NCBI GenBank assembly: GCA_964016885.1
Contig: OZ024745.1
Coordinates: forward strand, 103,540,001 to 103,604,000
From: Eledone cirrhosa
Taxonomy: Eukaryota
Direction of reading: 5' to 3'
Length of the DNA: 64,000 nt
Shown: positions 26,732-40,900 of the stretch, piece after piece
How positions within the stretch are numbered: the stretch's first letter is position 1
How the letters are laid out: each line of letters begins with the position of its first letter
Position numbers and translations under genes: made by a program
Notes under the pieces: generated by a model
Seen by the model: the letters and a program-made list of their open reading frames with translations, nothing else
What the model was told of the DNA's origin: nothing
Databases searched by the model: none

Positions 26732-26984
26732 TAGGAACGAGTAGGACACCAACGGCTGAGCTCAAGCGGTTTCGACGGCTAATTCTGGACTAAAATCGTT
26801 TTAGGCCAGAATTAGCCATCGAAACGGCTTGAACTCAGCCGTCGGGGTCCTACTCATTCCTATTACCCACTCTACTACCCTAAGTATTGAGTACTTTCGT
26901 GTGTTATGGTCCACCTGGTTCCTTACCACATTTCCTTCGTTATATATTTATTTATATATATATATATTTATTTATATATATATA

Positions 26985-27029
<45 letters not shown>

Positions 27030-27049
27030 TTATATATATATATATTTAT

Positions 27050-27737
27050 TTACGATATTAATAAATGGAAACTATATTTATAAAACCATATTTATTTCAT
27101 TATACATATTTCAGGGATACCAAATTAAATTATGGTATGCCTTCATCAGACAAAATACAATATATAACAGTTTTACAAATAAGCTTTGACGTACCCTATT
27201 AAAATGCAACCATTATTTTTGGAAGCCATCCGGATAGTGAGTTGTTTATATTATTTTAATAAGTCATAGTGTTAAGGACAATTAGAAAAAGACGGAGAGA
27301 AAGAAAAAGACGGAGAGAGAGAAAGAAAAAACGTGGAGAAGTATCGGAGAGAGAGAGATGCATGGAGAAAAAAGAAAGAGATAAATAAAGACAGGAGGAA
27401 AGAAAGAAAAAAGGAAGAAATAAGAAATAAGAAAAACAGAGGAAAGCAACAGAGAGATATTAAGTCATCAGACAGATAGAAAAACTTAAGAGAGAGAAAT
27501 ATTATATAGAGAGAGGGGGAGAAAATGAAAACTTTACGTCATGTCATATTAAGTTGAGTTAACAATTCATATGAAATGAATAATAAAAATATAATGGGAC
27601 ATATATATATAATATGAGAAATCAAACATTGTTCAATAATGACTACATGTTTAGTTTAAAACTTGAGATCAATATACCAAAATTTTGGGTTTAATCAACC
27701 AAAATGCTAGAGAAATCAGTATCTTAGGCAAAGACAC

Positions 27738-27770
<33 letters not shown>

Positions 27771-28635
27771 CGCACGTCCTGAAAATATATTTACTCAAGT
27801 CAACAATATAGACATACAAAACGCAGACGATTTCTCTTAATCACTGCTATACATTCCTTGTGTTATAAAAAAGTTCACAGTATATATACGTAAATATATA
27901 CGATTAACATTCATGTCTTCATTCGTGCATTTAACATTCTGTTAAAATTATGCATATCTGCAATCAAAACTGCGTGGTTAGGCAACATATCTCTTACCCA
28001 CACACATAGATATACATATATACACACATATATGTATAAATAAATATTTGCGTGCGTCTTCCCGCATCGCTCATGTATACATACAAACATATATACAATC
28101 ATAAAAAACCTATAACACTTTTATATGCATGTTAATACACACATACACATTTGTATAGAGATAATCAAATATCAATATATTACTAAGGATTATACTTTGG
28201 AAATATAATTATAACAATATAAATTTAAAATACCAAAGGACTATATTTTGGAAATACAATTATATCAGTAGTGTCAAAAGGACAAACGAATTCTAGAAAT
28301 ATCAAAGCATTAAATATGTTTAAAACACTATATTAAAATAATATAAACAACTCACTATCCGGATGGCTTCCAAAAATAATGGTTGCATTTTAATAGGGTA
28401 CGTCAAAGCTTATTTGTAAAACTGTTATATATTGTATTTTGTCTGATGAAGGCATACCATAATTTAATTTGGTATCCCTGAAATATGTATAATGAAATAA
28501 ATATGGTTTTATAAATATAGTTTCCATTTATTAATATCGTATATCTACTCCAAATACTTGTCGAGTGCTTTATATCAGTTATAAAAATATTTACTTGTTG
28601 TATCCCAACAATTTTAAATAGAACTTTTGCATATA
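27050..28635. mobile_element. Family-A PLE-type element with inverted arms and about 1.1-kb non-coding interior; hammerheads at 27093-27157 (minus) and 28435-28499 (plus)
   Basis: Arms about 27050-27260 and 28330-28540 are reverse complements. CUGAUGA-AGG-c-AUACCA...UGGUAU-c-CCU-GAAA-UAUGUA-UA. Confidence 0.85.
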
Positions 28636-28650
28636 TTTATTTATATATAT

Positions 28651-28684
<34 letters not shown>

Positions 28685-28751
28685 TTATTTATTTATATAT
28701 ATATATTTATATATATATATATATATATATATTTATTTATTTATATATATA

Positions 28752-28966
<215 letters not shown>

Positions 28967-29074
28967 CAAATTAATATAGAAATGGCTTCTATGGAACTAA
29001 AACAGTTCTAGTCTAGTCCTGTAGAAGCCATTTCTATATTAATTTGTTGTATACCCCCAATTGAACCCGGGACT

Positions 29075-29105
<31 letters not shown>

Positions 29106-29617
29106 GCATGTCTGTTTGTATGCTTGTGTGTGTGTTTGTATGCTTGTATGCTTATGTATGTATATGTGTACATGTGGTATAGAATGTTGATCTTTCCTCT
29201 CTATCTAAATGTTTCACATAATTTACAGAATTATCTGATACGAATGAGTGATGCAAGAAAAGGCCCAAAGTTTATACCATAAATAACCTCTTGAACAAAG
29301 CAGAGAAGTATTTTTAGTTGAATTCTAACAAATATTTTAACATTACTTGACCTAACTTACATGATGCCTTGGCGAGCGTAAGTTAACATATTTGCATATA
29401 TTTTATTTTTACCAGGAGACAGACAAAATATTTATACATCTTATATCTATTTATAGTCATTGAATTTTATATATTTGTTTTTGTTTTTTTTAGCTTGGCT
29501 TTATGTTTATGGTTCTTTTTTGTTGTTGTTTTTTTTCCAGATATCTGTTTATCTTCAAGTAAAACAGACTAACAAGGTTAAATTTTCCCATATTGTTTTT
29601 TTTTTTTGTTTCTTTGT

Positions 29618-29660
<43 letters not shown>

Positions 29661-29774
29661 GATTTCATATATTTGTTGTTGTTCTTGTTTTTTTTTTGTT
29701 TTTGTTTTTTTCTTTAAAAAGAATTTAGTCAAAGATGAGGGAAGCACCTGTGGCTAATAAGGTGGAATCAATCA

Positions 29775-29835
29775 ACATTACTATCATTATCATCATCATC
29801 ATCATCACCCTCATTACAAGCACTATTATCATCAG

Positions 29836-29867
<32 letters not shown>

Positions 29868-30352
29868 CCATCATCATCATCACCCTCACTACAAGCACTA
29901 TTATCATCATCATCAGCATCATCACCCTCACTACAAGCACTCTTATCATCAGCATCAGCATCATCACCCTCACTACAAGCACTATTATCATCAGCATCAT
30001 CACCCTCACTACAAGCACTATTATCATCATCATCATCATCACCATCATCATCATCACCTTCACTACAAGCACTATCATCATCATCACCATCACTACAAGC
30101 ACTATTATCATCATCATCACCATCACTACAAGCACTATTATCATCATCATCATCACCTTCATCATCACCATCATCATCATCACCATCACTACAAGCACTA
30201 TTATCATCATCATCACCATCACTACAAGCACTATTATCATCATCATCATCACCTTCATCATCACCATCATCATCATCACCATCACTACAAGCACTATTAT
30301 TATCACCATCATCATCATATTATTATATTAATCATCATCATCACCATCATTA
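29775..30352. repeat. (ATC)n-derived minisatellite with a recurring cactacaagcactattatc unit
   Basis: Directly visible. Confidence 0.9.
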
Positions 30353-30709
30353 TCAACCTTTTCAATGTCATTATTCTCATCAGTCAGTGTGTTGGCAGTA
30401 TAGGTAGAGTGTCTGACAGCATACTCTGTGGTGTATAGTTATGGCCCTTTACATCCTGGATTCAAATCCCACCAAGGTTAGCTTTGGCTTTCGTCCTTAC
30501 AGGGTCAATAAAACAAAGAATTGGTAACACACTGGGGTGACTTAATCGACTTTTCCCTTTCCTTTTCATTCTCATTGTCAACTTCATCATTTGTTATCAT
30601 TATCATACATGCAAAAATGCACACACACACACGTATCGTCCTCATCCTCTACAGTTCATAGTAGCTAAATTAGGATACATCTAGCAGAGCATGTATTTCC
30701 ATAAAGGCA

Positions 30710-31057
30710 TATCATCATCATCATCATTTCATTTTACGTCCGCTTTTCCCCTGCTTGCAAGGGTGGGACGGGAACTGATTCTGGCTTGATTTCTACAGCT
30801 GGATGCCCTTCCTAACACCAACCTCATTTACAGTGAGTGCTGGGTGCTTTTTTTGCCGTGGCACCTCCACGACCACTTTGCAGTGGAATGATATGGACCC
30901 CAGTCCCTATCATCTCATTTCTACAGCTGAGTAAACTGGAGCAATGTGAAATAAAGTCTCTTGCTCAAGGAAACAACACATCACCCGGTCTGAGAATTGA
31001 ACTCACAACCTTTCGATTGCAAGGCCAATGCTCTAACCACTAAGCCATGTGCCTCCA
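30710..31057 (-). mobile_element. tRNA-head CORE-type SINE with RTE tail (full length)
   Basis: Reverse complement of 58112-58453 with few differences. Partial copy at 35480-35730. Confidence 0.9.
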
Positions 31058-31282
31058 TATATATATATATTTTTTTTTTTTCTTTTCAATGGCTGATAAT
31101 ACCTTACCGGCACCTCTCGAGTAAGGTAATTATTTAACCCATAAATGGGGCCCTAATAGGTACTCCAGGCCAGAGCATATCTGGGAGTGATAACAACTAA
31201 GGGGTAACTCCTCATTCCCCACAGCTCCTGAATGCCCGAACTGGAGCCTTACCACTAGATACAGTTTAATATATATATATAT

Positions 31283-32091
31283 AATTGAAATGAAGAATTA
31301 GAAATAGAAGCCAGGACTATCCATCATCAGTGGTCTACTAGCCATGATAGGTATTTCTTCGCATTAAAGACCAGATACCTCAGGATAGGGCGAACAATAA
31401 CTAAAATAAGTTATTGAGATAAAAAGAATTGGGTGGAGAAAGAGAGACAGGTAAACAAACATGAATGGTGAGGCAACGTAAAGAGAGGAAAAAATGAGAA
31501 AATCAAGTCAATAATTCATTTGAACATAAGAACTCGCAAATATTGACGAGAAGACGAAAGACACATCTTAACCGTGCACAAAGTAAGCGAGGAAAAAATT
31601 TTGCACGGTGTGGAGTGATGGAGGAAGTGAGAGAGAGGGTGAGTAGCAGAGAGTGAGTGAGTGAAAGTGTGAGGAAGAGGCTAGCCGAGAGAGGGTGCCT
31701 AGCAGAGGGGGGTGAATGAAAGTAAGAGGGAGAAGGAGAGAGAAAGCGGATAACAGTAAGGGAAGAGAAAAAGACAGGTCACAGCGAAGGGGAAAGCATA
31801 TAGGAATGAAAAATGGCATGCTGTGTTGTTGCAAATGTGATATACAAATTAAAATGAAGAATTAGAAATAGATGCCAGGACTATCCATCATCAGTGGTCT
31901 ACTAGCCATCATAGGTATTTCTTCGCATTAAAGACCAGACACCTCAGGCTAGCGCGAATAATAACTAAAATAAGTTATTGGGATAAAAAGAATTGGGTGG
32001 AGAAAGAGAGACAGGTAAACAAACATGAATGGTGAGGCAACATAAAGAGAGGATAAAATGAGAAAATCAAGTCAATGATTCATTTGAACAT
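31283..32091 (-). mobile_element. Direct-repeat module (31283-31527 and 31847-32091), each copy carrying a structured hammerhead-like motif
   Basis: Two near-identical ~245-bp copies around a purine-rich spacer, abutting (TA)n at the left. Resembles a tandem pLTR arrangement. Confidence 0.6.
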
Positions 32092-32182
32092 CTGTATGTG
32101 TATGTGGTTGATGGCTGAAAGAAAAGAGTATTCAATACTGAAGTAGAGTTTAATATTCATTTTATTAAGGCTAAATAGTGAG

Positions 32183-32232
32183 TCTTGTTACTCTGGAGTT
32201 TCACCTGTATATCTCAGGGTCATTAGACAAGA
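32183..32232 (-). ncRNA. Type I hammerhead ribozyme with G5>A core mutation
   Basis: UCUUGU-CUAAUGA-C-CCUG-agauaua-CAGG-U-GAAA-CU-ccag-AG-UA-ACAAGA. Confidence 0.72.
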
Positions 32233-32235
32233 GTT

Positions 32236-32427
32236 CTTGAGAATGTATACAGTAGTTCCATCATGTCTTCCTTACTTTAAATACACTGTAGACAGTCCTC
32301 TTGAGAATGTATACAGTAGTTCCACCACCTCTCCCTTACCTTAAATACACTGTAAATGGTCCCCTTAAGAATGTATACAGTAGTTCCACCATGTCTCCCT
32401 TACCTTAAATACACTGTAAATAGTCCC
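32236..32427. repeat. 64-bp tandem repeat x3
   Basis: Units start at 32236, 32300 and 32364 (cttgagaatgtatacagtagttcca...). Confidence 0.9.
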
Positions 32428-32429
32428 CA

Positions 32430-32960
32430 TCACCTGCAATTTTATTTTAACTTCATCTACTGTCTTGAAGCAACGCTTCATCAGTTTCAATTTCATTCAT
32501 GGAAATATGATGATGTTACGGTAGGAATAAGTTAGACTAGTATGGAGTGTGTGGAACCACCACCATTTTGTTGTTTTCAAAAACTACATTTTCGAGGAAG
32601 CATGCTCAAATTTCCATGAGAATTTTCTGGCTGATGCGATAATGCATTCCAATCATGTGAGAGAGCTGATAGATTATTCAGTGACTGTCCTTGTAAATGA
32701 GTTCATGAATCTTTTTCACATTTCTTGCATGTTATTAATCATTAATCACCCTGAATGCTCATTATTCTGAACCAGAATTTGTCCAATCTTGAAACACACT
32801 TGTCACTCCAAAACCTGGGTTCAAATAAAATGTTTGCTAAAAGCTTTGCAAAACACTTCATGGTTACCTGTAACAAACTTACTGAGCTTTATGCTGGACT
32901 TGATGTAGGAACATTGAACAAATTTGTCAGTCACTCTAACACATGTTACTAAACTATGTT
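32430..32960 (-). mobile_element. Decayed mariner transposase
   Basis: RNVKKIHELIYKDSH*IIYQLSHMIG...QKIL and MKLKLMKRCFKTVDEVK. Confidence 0.65.
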
Positions 32961-33138
32961 ATAATTGAACACAAATAGAAAGCATAAAGGCATGTTTGTA
33001 GACTGACTCAGTAGGATGGCTACCAATAATCATCAGCCACACACACACACTATATATATATATATCTAATGGTAGCTAAGATGCTTCCATAGGTGGTATG
33101 CCGGTTGAGCACTCTATGCTCTTACAAAGCAGAGTATG

Positions 33139-33236
33139 ATAGAATAGAAAAAGAAAAATCAGTGATGCATCTGAACTCAATTTATTGTAACACACAATAA
33201 ATTGAGTTCAGATGCATCACTGATTTTTCGTTTTCT

Positions 33237-33243
<7 letters not shown>
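33139..33243. repeat. About 100-bp fold-back hairpin next to (TA)n
   Basis: aaaaatcagtgatgcatctgaactcaatttattg pairs with caataaattgagttcagatgcatcactgattttt. Confidence 0.9.
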
Positions 33244-33297
<54 letters not shown>

Positions 33298-33565
33298 TTT
33301 ATCCTGCGTTATCGATGCCAAATTTCTATGGCCTGATACCGAAACATAATTTTCAGTATGGGGAAAGATTCACCAACATAAGGGTGTTTTGGTGGCAAAG
33401 ATATACACAAAAAACACTCATACAAGCAGACAATGAGCTTTCAAAATTCTCATCTACCAAATTCACTCACAAGGCATTGGTTGGCCCAAGAATGTAGCAG
33501 AAGAAACTAGCACAAGGTGCCATGCAGTTGGCTTCGAATTACATGCAGACATCTAAACCACACAA

Positions 33566-33626
<61 letters not shown>

Positions 33627-33658
33627 CACGGGTGTGTATGATTGTGTATAGAAGATTA

Positions 33659-34054
33659 TATTAATAAGAGGAATTCCAACTTTGTCTGATTTACTCGTTT
33701 TATTTACAATCCTTTAAAATTTATAATGGTATTATAATGAAATAGTATGATAGAATATTAAATTCTAAGTGTTAATTGAACAAGTACTTTCATGCTTTCG
33801 CAATCTTCAGGTTCATAATGTGTGGTGACAGTCAAGTTTGCAATTTTCAACTGTGGAATTTTCAACAGTTGAAAATTGCAAACTTGACTGTCACCACACA
33901 ATATGAACCTGAAGATTGCGAAAGCATGAAAGTACTTGTTCAATTAACACTTAACATTTGATATTCTACCATACGATTTCATTATAATACCATTATAAAT
34001 TTTAAAGGATTGTAAATAAAACGAGTAAATCAGACAAAGTTGGAATTCCTCTTA

Positions 34055-34060
<6 letters not shown>
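33659..34060. mobile_element. About 400-bp fold-back module with hammerheads at 33777-33815 (minus) and 33904-33942 (plus)
   Basis: UGAAC-CUGAAGA-U-UGC-gaaa-GCA-U-GAAA-guac-UU-GUUCA in each arm. Abuts (TA)n on the right. Confidence 0.85.
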
Positions 34061-34117
<57 letters not shown>

Positions 34118-34435
34118 GCTTAGTTCGGATCTAGCTGTCAAAACAGTCAGAGCTCAGCTGTTGGGGTCCTGAATCTTTTCATATTAGCCACTCTACTACC
34201 CCAAGTATCAAGCACTCCGGTGTGTTATGGTCCACCTGGTATCTTACCACACCTTCTTTGTATATATATATATATATATAATAGTAATAATAATAAATTT
34301 GAAGACTAAAATCCAAAGAGGGCTCGATAAGGATAAATATATATCAGATATATAGGAACCATACAGCAAATATTTATTATCTGTTATTTTAATAAATATA
34401 TATATATAATATATATATAGATAATATATATATGT

Positions 34436-35472
34436 ATCATCATCATCATCATCATTTTACGTCCGCTTTTCCCTGCTTGCAAGGGTGGGACGGGTCTTAT
34501 TCAGCACAGCATCTCTCCACTTGTCACGGTCCTCTGCCCATGTTTTTCGTGGTCTACCTCTACCACATTTTCCTTCAACTGGCATTTCCTGGCACTTCTT
34601 CACCCATCGGTCATCCTCCATGTGCATCACAGGTCCACCGCAGTCTCCTCTCTCGCACACTACATTCTATCCCTCTCAGACACAGTTTCTCTCTCAACAC
34701 ATCCATGCTGGGTTGTTCACGCAAATTGACATTGCACATCCAACGGAGCATGCTTGCCTCATTTCTCTCCAGCCATCGCATATCCTCTGCAGTTGTTGCA
34801 CATGTCTCATTACCATGCAGCATCGCGCTCCTCACACAGGCATCATATAACCGGCCTTTCGTATGCAGGGAAAAACCCTTCTTCGTCAGCAGAGGAAGCA
34901 GCTCCCTAAACTTCTTCCAACCCGTCCTTATTCTAGATACTATGGCCTCGGAACCCCCCCCCCCCTCCCATGTTAATCTGATCTCCTAGGTACCGGAAGC
35001 TATCCACCACTTCTATAGCACCCGCCTGCATTTGAAAAATGTGTATATCAATGCGACTTCTACTGTCTAATTTCCCTGTACATCTACTGCATACGTATTT
35101 CTTCCTAACTGTTAGTTTGCCTGCTATCCCGCTACATCTCTTGTGTACCCAGGATCTGCATTGTGTGCATTTTATAGAATTTATATCAGTTCCTTTTCTG
35201 CATATCGAACATGGCCATTTCCCTGATGGAATCAGAGTTTTGTCCTCTTTTCTACTCATCAACACTTTTGTCTTAGCTAGGTTCACTCTCAGTCCTCTTG
35301 CTTCCAACTGCTGTTTCCATAGCCAGAATTTATTCTCTAGCTCCTCTACTGATTCTGCTATAAGAACCAGATCGTCAGCATAGAGAAGTTCCCATGGACA
35401 GCCAGTCTTAAACTCCTCTGTTATGGCTTGGAGGACTATAATGAACAAGAGTGGGCTAAGGACCGAACCTTG
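34436..35472 (-). mobile_element. RTE-clade LINE 3' fragment (RT YADD, Cys-rich finger, C-terminus)
   Basis: PWELLYADDLVLIAES...CSICRK...CTQCRSWVHKRC...CSRC...FRYLGD, and (ATG)n tail. Confidence 0.92.
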
Positions 35473-35730
35473 ATATATATCATCATCATCATTTCATCAT
35501 TTCATTTTACGTCCGCTTTTTCCCTGCTTGCAAGGGTGGGACGGGAACTGATTCTGGCTTGATTTCTACAGCTGGATGCCCTTCCTAACACCAACCTCAT
35601 TTACAGTGAGTGCTGGGTGCTTTTTTGCCGTTGCACCTCCACGACCACTTTGCAGTGGAATGATAGGGACCCCAGTCCCTATCATCTCATTTCTACAGCT
35701 GAGTAAACTGGAGCAATGTGAAATAAAGTG

Positions 35731-35785
<55 letters not shown>

Positions 35786-36917
35786 AGTGTTAGAATAATA
35801 ATATTTAATGTCTTGTGGTGTTTAGTCTGAATATGAATTATGGTATAAACTTATAAACTTTGATATCAGGAATACCTTCTAACTCTAATTTTACCCCGAA
35901 CAGTCTCACAAATACACCATGATGTCAATAATACCTTCTATCTCTAATCTCACCCCCAAAACAGTCACACAAAGACTCCATGATGTCAAGAATAACTTCT
36001 AAGTGTTCTGTATCAACATTGTGCTAATTAACTGTTCAAGGATTAACAATATCTCTCTGCAATAGTTACTAAATTATATTGTTATTAAAAACAATTCTCA
36101 AGCAGCTTAGTTTGTGTAAGTGTAAGTAGAAATTGACATGTAATCTTATGATTGTTTTTTGGTCCCAGTAGACAGAATAGTGAATATGTTACCACTGAGA
36201 ATGGCTAGGGATATGTATGAAATAGTCAATCGAGTTTGTGGGGCATATTCTTATAGATGGCCATCTACATCCCAATTAGAGTAAGAAGGTGGTTCAGGAC
36301 CTCAAAATAGCAGATTTTTTCCACTTCTACATATGGGTTCAATGAGAAATCTGTCAGGAAGCAGCTCATACTTTGTTAATTGTAAAGTAATGGAGCCAGG
36401 GTCTTATGTTAATTGCATTAACTTACTGCTGAGGAAAGTATTGCAGAAGGTCACATTACTGATAAGAAACTTACTACCTCAGAACAGGAAGAATGGGATG
36501 CCAACTGGCCTTTTGTCATCATCTCGGTTTACCCCCACTGATTTATCGAAATTACTCTATAAAACTCCAGGTATGAGGAGCACTGAATAACTGTTTAACT
36601 GTTCCCATAGGCATGAAGAAGGCAATATAGAAGACATTTCAGTATGTTTCTTGAATCTTTATAGCAACCCCATCAACTGTGTTGTTAATCATTCTTGACC
36701 TCCAATCTATGCACACTATCTAGTAATGTTACTCCAAAGCCAAAGACCCTTTGGAGGAACCTCCATTTTGGCCGCATGTATTCGTGATCGTAATCTTTTG
36801 GTCTTTACCCAAGATTCATAACAATGGGAAAGGGTTGGCGCACGAATACCGAATTGAAGATGGCAAGTTTTGCTTTTACACCTACCTCCCTTCTTCTGGT
36901 TACTGAATGCTGAAGTT

Positions 36918-37102
36918 GGCTGGCAGTTTCGGTAGAAGATCAGATGCCATGCTTTGCAACATAGAGTTATGGCCCGTTACGGTCTGAGTTTAAATCCCAT
37001 CGAGGTTAACTTTGCCTTTCATCCTTACGGGGTCGATGAAATAAAGCACCAGTAATGCACTTAGATAATTGCTGGCCTTGTGCCAAAAGTAGAAACAATT
37101 AT
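36918..37102 (+). mobile_element. tRNA-derived SINE (Ceph-domain-like)
   Basis: Same family as the 52.5-58.1 kb copies. Confidence 0.8.
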
Positions 37103-37513
37103 TGTAGCATAAAGTTTTTATATTTATCTAAAAGCTTTCCTTCGTAATTTCATGGAGAGATCACTGTTATGTTCCAAACATCAACTTACCAATGAGATAG
37201 CTTGTCATATTGTTAAATATGTCTCAATTTTTGATTATTTTCAAAATAAATTAAAAATTATAGACAGTGTCTTTCATTAAAAATATGGTAAAGAAAAAAA
37301 AGGGTTAAAACTGAAAATGGCTATTAGGTAATGTTTTTTTCTGCAAATTGATAATTGAGGTGTTGTAGTGTGAATCAGATCTTAACTGGTAACCAAATGA
37401 CACTATGGCTTGTTGGATTTTAAGTTTAGTTACCGAGAAAATCAATTTTTATAAAAAAAACATTTTATTGGCTCATTAATTCCTGAATTTCATCACATGT
37501 CTGAGAAGTACAG

Positions 37514-37789
37514 TTGTTGTTGTTGTTGGTGGTGGTGGTGGCAATGGTGCTGGTGGATGTAGTGGTAGTGCTGCTGCTGGTGGATGTAGTGGTAGTGCTG
37601 CTGGTGGTGGAGGTAGGGAAGGTGGGGATGATGGTGGTAGTGGTGGTCAGGAAGATCGTGGTGGTGGTAGTAGTACTGGTGGTGCTGGTAGTAGTGCTGG
37701 TGCTGGTGGTGGTGGTGTTGGTGATGGTGTTGGTGGTGGTGGTGGTGGTGATGTCAGTGCTGGTGGTGATGGTGGTGATGGTGGAGTAG
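37514..37789. repeat. (GGT/GTA)n degenerate triplet repeat
   Basis: Directly visible. Confidence 0.9.
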
Positions 37790-37959
37790 ATGAGATTAAA
37801 TCACCAGAAATTTCCTGATTTTATTTAATTCATATCAAAATAGTGTCCCTCCAATAATATTGACGTTAATCAATGCTTATAAAAGTTAAATTAATGGAGT
37901 GAAAAAGTAATTATCACAAATTAGCACATCAACAATGAGCCACAATTATTATGATTACC

Positions 37960-40900
37960 TCTACCACCACCACCACCACCAACATCAGCACCACCAATAT
38001 CGCCACTACCAACAACATCACCTCCACCACCAACATCACTACCAACATCATCACCACCACCATCACCACTACCAACATCACCACCACCACCACCAACATC
38101 ACCTCCACCACCAACAACACTACCAACAACATCACCTCCACCACCAACATCACTACCAACAACATCACCTCCACCACCAACATCACTACCAACAACATCA
38201 CCTCCACCACCAACATCACCTCCACCACCAACATCACCACTACCACCAACATCACCTCCACCACCAACATCACCTCCACCACCAACATCACCACTACCAC
38301 CAACATCACCTCCACCACCAACATCACCTCCACCAACAACATCACCTCCACCACCAACATCACCACCACCACCAACATCACTACCAACATCATCACCACC
38401 ACCACCAACATCACCACTACCACCAACATCACTACCAACAACATCACCTCCACCACCAACATCACCTCCACCACCAACATCACCACTACCACCAACATCA
38501 CTACCAACAACATCACCTCCACCACCAACATCACCTCCACCACCAACATCACTACCAACATCACCTCCACCACCAACATCACTACCAACATCATCACCAC
38601 CACCACCAACATCACCACTACCAACAACATCACCACCACCACCAACATCACTACCAACAACATCACCTCCACCACCAACATCACTACCAACAACATCACC
38701 TCCACCACCAACATCACCTCCACCACCAACATCACTACCAACAACATCACCTCCACCACCAACATCACCTCCACCACCAACACCACCATCAACACCTCCA
38801 CCACCATCAACACCTCCACCACCAACATCACCTCCACCACCAACATCACCTCCACCACCAACATCACCTCCACCACCAACATCACCACTACCACCAACAT
38901 CACTACCAACAACATCACCTCCACCACCAACATCACCTCCACCACCAACATCACTACCAACATCACCTCCACCACCAACATCACCTCCACCACCAACATC
39001 ACCTCCACCACCAACATCACCTCCACCACCAACATCACCACCACCACCAACATCACTACCAACATCATCACCTCCACCACCAACATCACCTCCACCACCA
39101 ACATCACTACCAACAACATCACCTCCACCACCAACATCACCTCCACCACCAACATCACTACCAACAACATCACCTCCACCACCAACATCACCTCCACCAC
39201 CAACACCACCACCACCAACATCACCTCCACCACCAACATCACCTCCACCACCAACATCACCTCCACCACCAACATCACCTCCACCACCAACATCACTTCC
39301 ACCACCAACATCACCACCACCACCAACATCACTACCAACATCACCTCCACCACCAACATCACCACCACCACCAACATCACTACCAACATCATCACCTCCA
39401 CCACCAACATCACCTCCACCACCAACATCACCACCAACATCACCTCCACCACCAACATCACCTCCACCACCAACATCACTTCCACCACCAACATCACCAC
39501 CACCACCAACATCACTACCAACATCACCTCCACCACCAACATCACCACCACCACCAACATCACTACCAACATCATCACCTCCACCACCAACATCACCTCC
39601 ACCACCAACATCACCACCAACATCACCTCCACCACCAACATCACCTCCACCACCAACATCACCTCCACCACCAACATCACCACCACCACCAACATCACTA
39701 CCAACATCACCTCCACCACCAACATCACCTCCACCACCAACATCACTACCAACATCACCTCCACCACCAACATCACCTCCACCACCAACATCACCTCCAC
39801 CACCAACATCACCACCACCACCAACACCACTACCAACAACATCACCTCCACCACCAACATCACCTCCACCACCAACATCACCTCCACCACCAACATCACC
39901 TCCACCATCACCTCCACCACCAACATCACCTCCACCACCAACATCACCTCCACCACCAACATCACCTCCACCACCAACATCACCACCACCACCAACATCA
40001 CTACCAACATCATCACCTCCACCACCAACATCACCTCCACCACCAACATCACCTCCACCACCAACATCACTACCAACAACATCACCTCCACCACCAACAT
40101 CACCTCCACCACCAACATCATTACCAACAACATCACCTCCACCACCAACATCACCTCCACCACCAACACCACCACCAACATCATCACCACCAACATCACC
40201 TCCACCACCAACATCACCTCCACCACCAACATCACCTCCACCACCAACATCACCTCCACCACCAACATCACCACCACCACCAACATCACTACCAACATCA
40301 CCTCCACCACCAACATCACCACCACCACCAACATCACTACCAACATCATCACCTCCACCACCAACATCACCTCCACCACCAACATCACCACCAACATCAC
40401 CTCCACCACCAACATCACCTCCACCACCAACATCACCACCACCACCAACATCACTACCAACATCACCTCCGCCACCAACATCACCACCACCACCAACATC
40501 ACTACCAACATCATCACCTCCACCACCAACATCACCTCCACCACCAACATCACCACCACCACCAACACCACTACCAACAACATCACCTCCACCACCAACA
40601 TCACCTCCACCACCAACATCACCTCCACCATCACCTCCACCACCAACATCACCTCCACCACCAACATCACCTCCACCACCAACATCACCTCCACCACCAA
40701 CATCACCACCACCACCAACATCACTACCAACAACATCACCTCCACCACCAACATCACCTCCACCACCAACATCACCTCCACCATCACCTCCACCACCAAC
40801 ATCACCTCCACCACCAACATCACCTCCACCACCAACATCACCTCCACCACCAACATCACCTCCACCATCACCTCCACCACCAACATCACCACCACCATCA

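Noticed and set aside
29725-30331. Poly-Ile/Thr and poly-Met/Val ORFs (likewise 55122-56082 and 37514-37789)
   Set aside because: Simple triplet repeats open on both strands.
31317-31400. HDV-like or twister ribozyme reading of the 31.3-kb motif
   Set aside because: GGCGAA and UUCUUCGC resemble HDV J4/2 and L3, but no P2/P3 pairing could be built. The twister GGUNNCAAGCC element is absent.
33758-33961. Mirror-image 61-aa ORFs on both strands (toxin/antisense-like pair)
   Set aside because: A trivial consequence of the 400-bp palindrome.
36200-36900. Possible host exon (ORF 36333-36590)
   Set aside because: No clear splice signals or recognisable protein. The minus strand looks more like a very decayed LINE endonuclease region but is too degraded to call.
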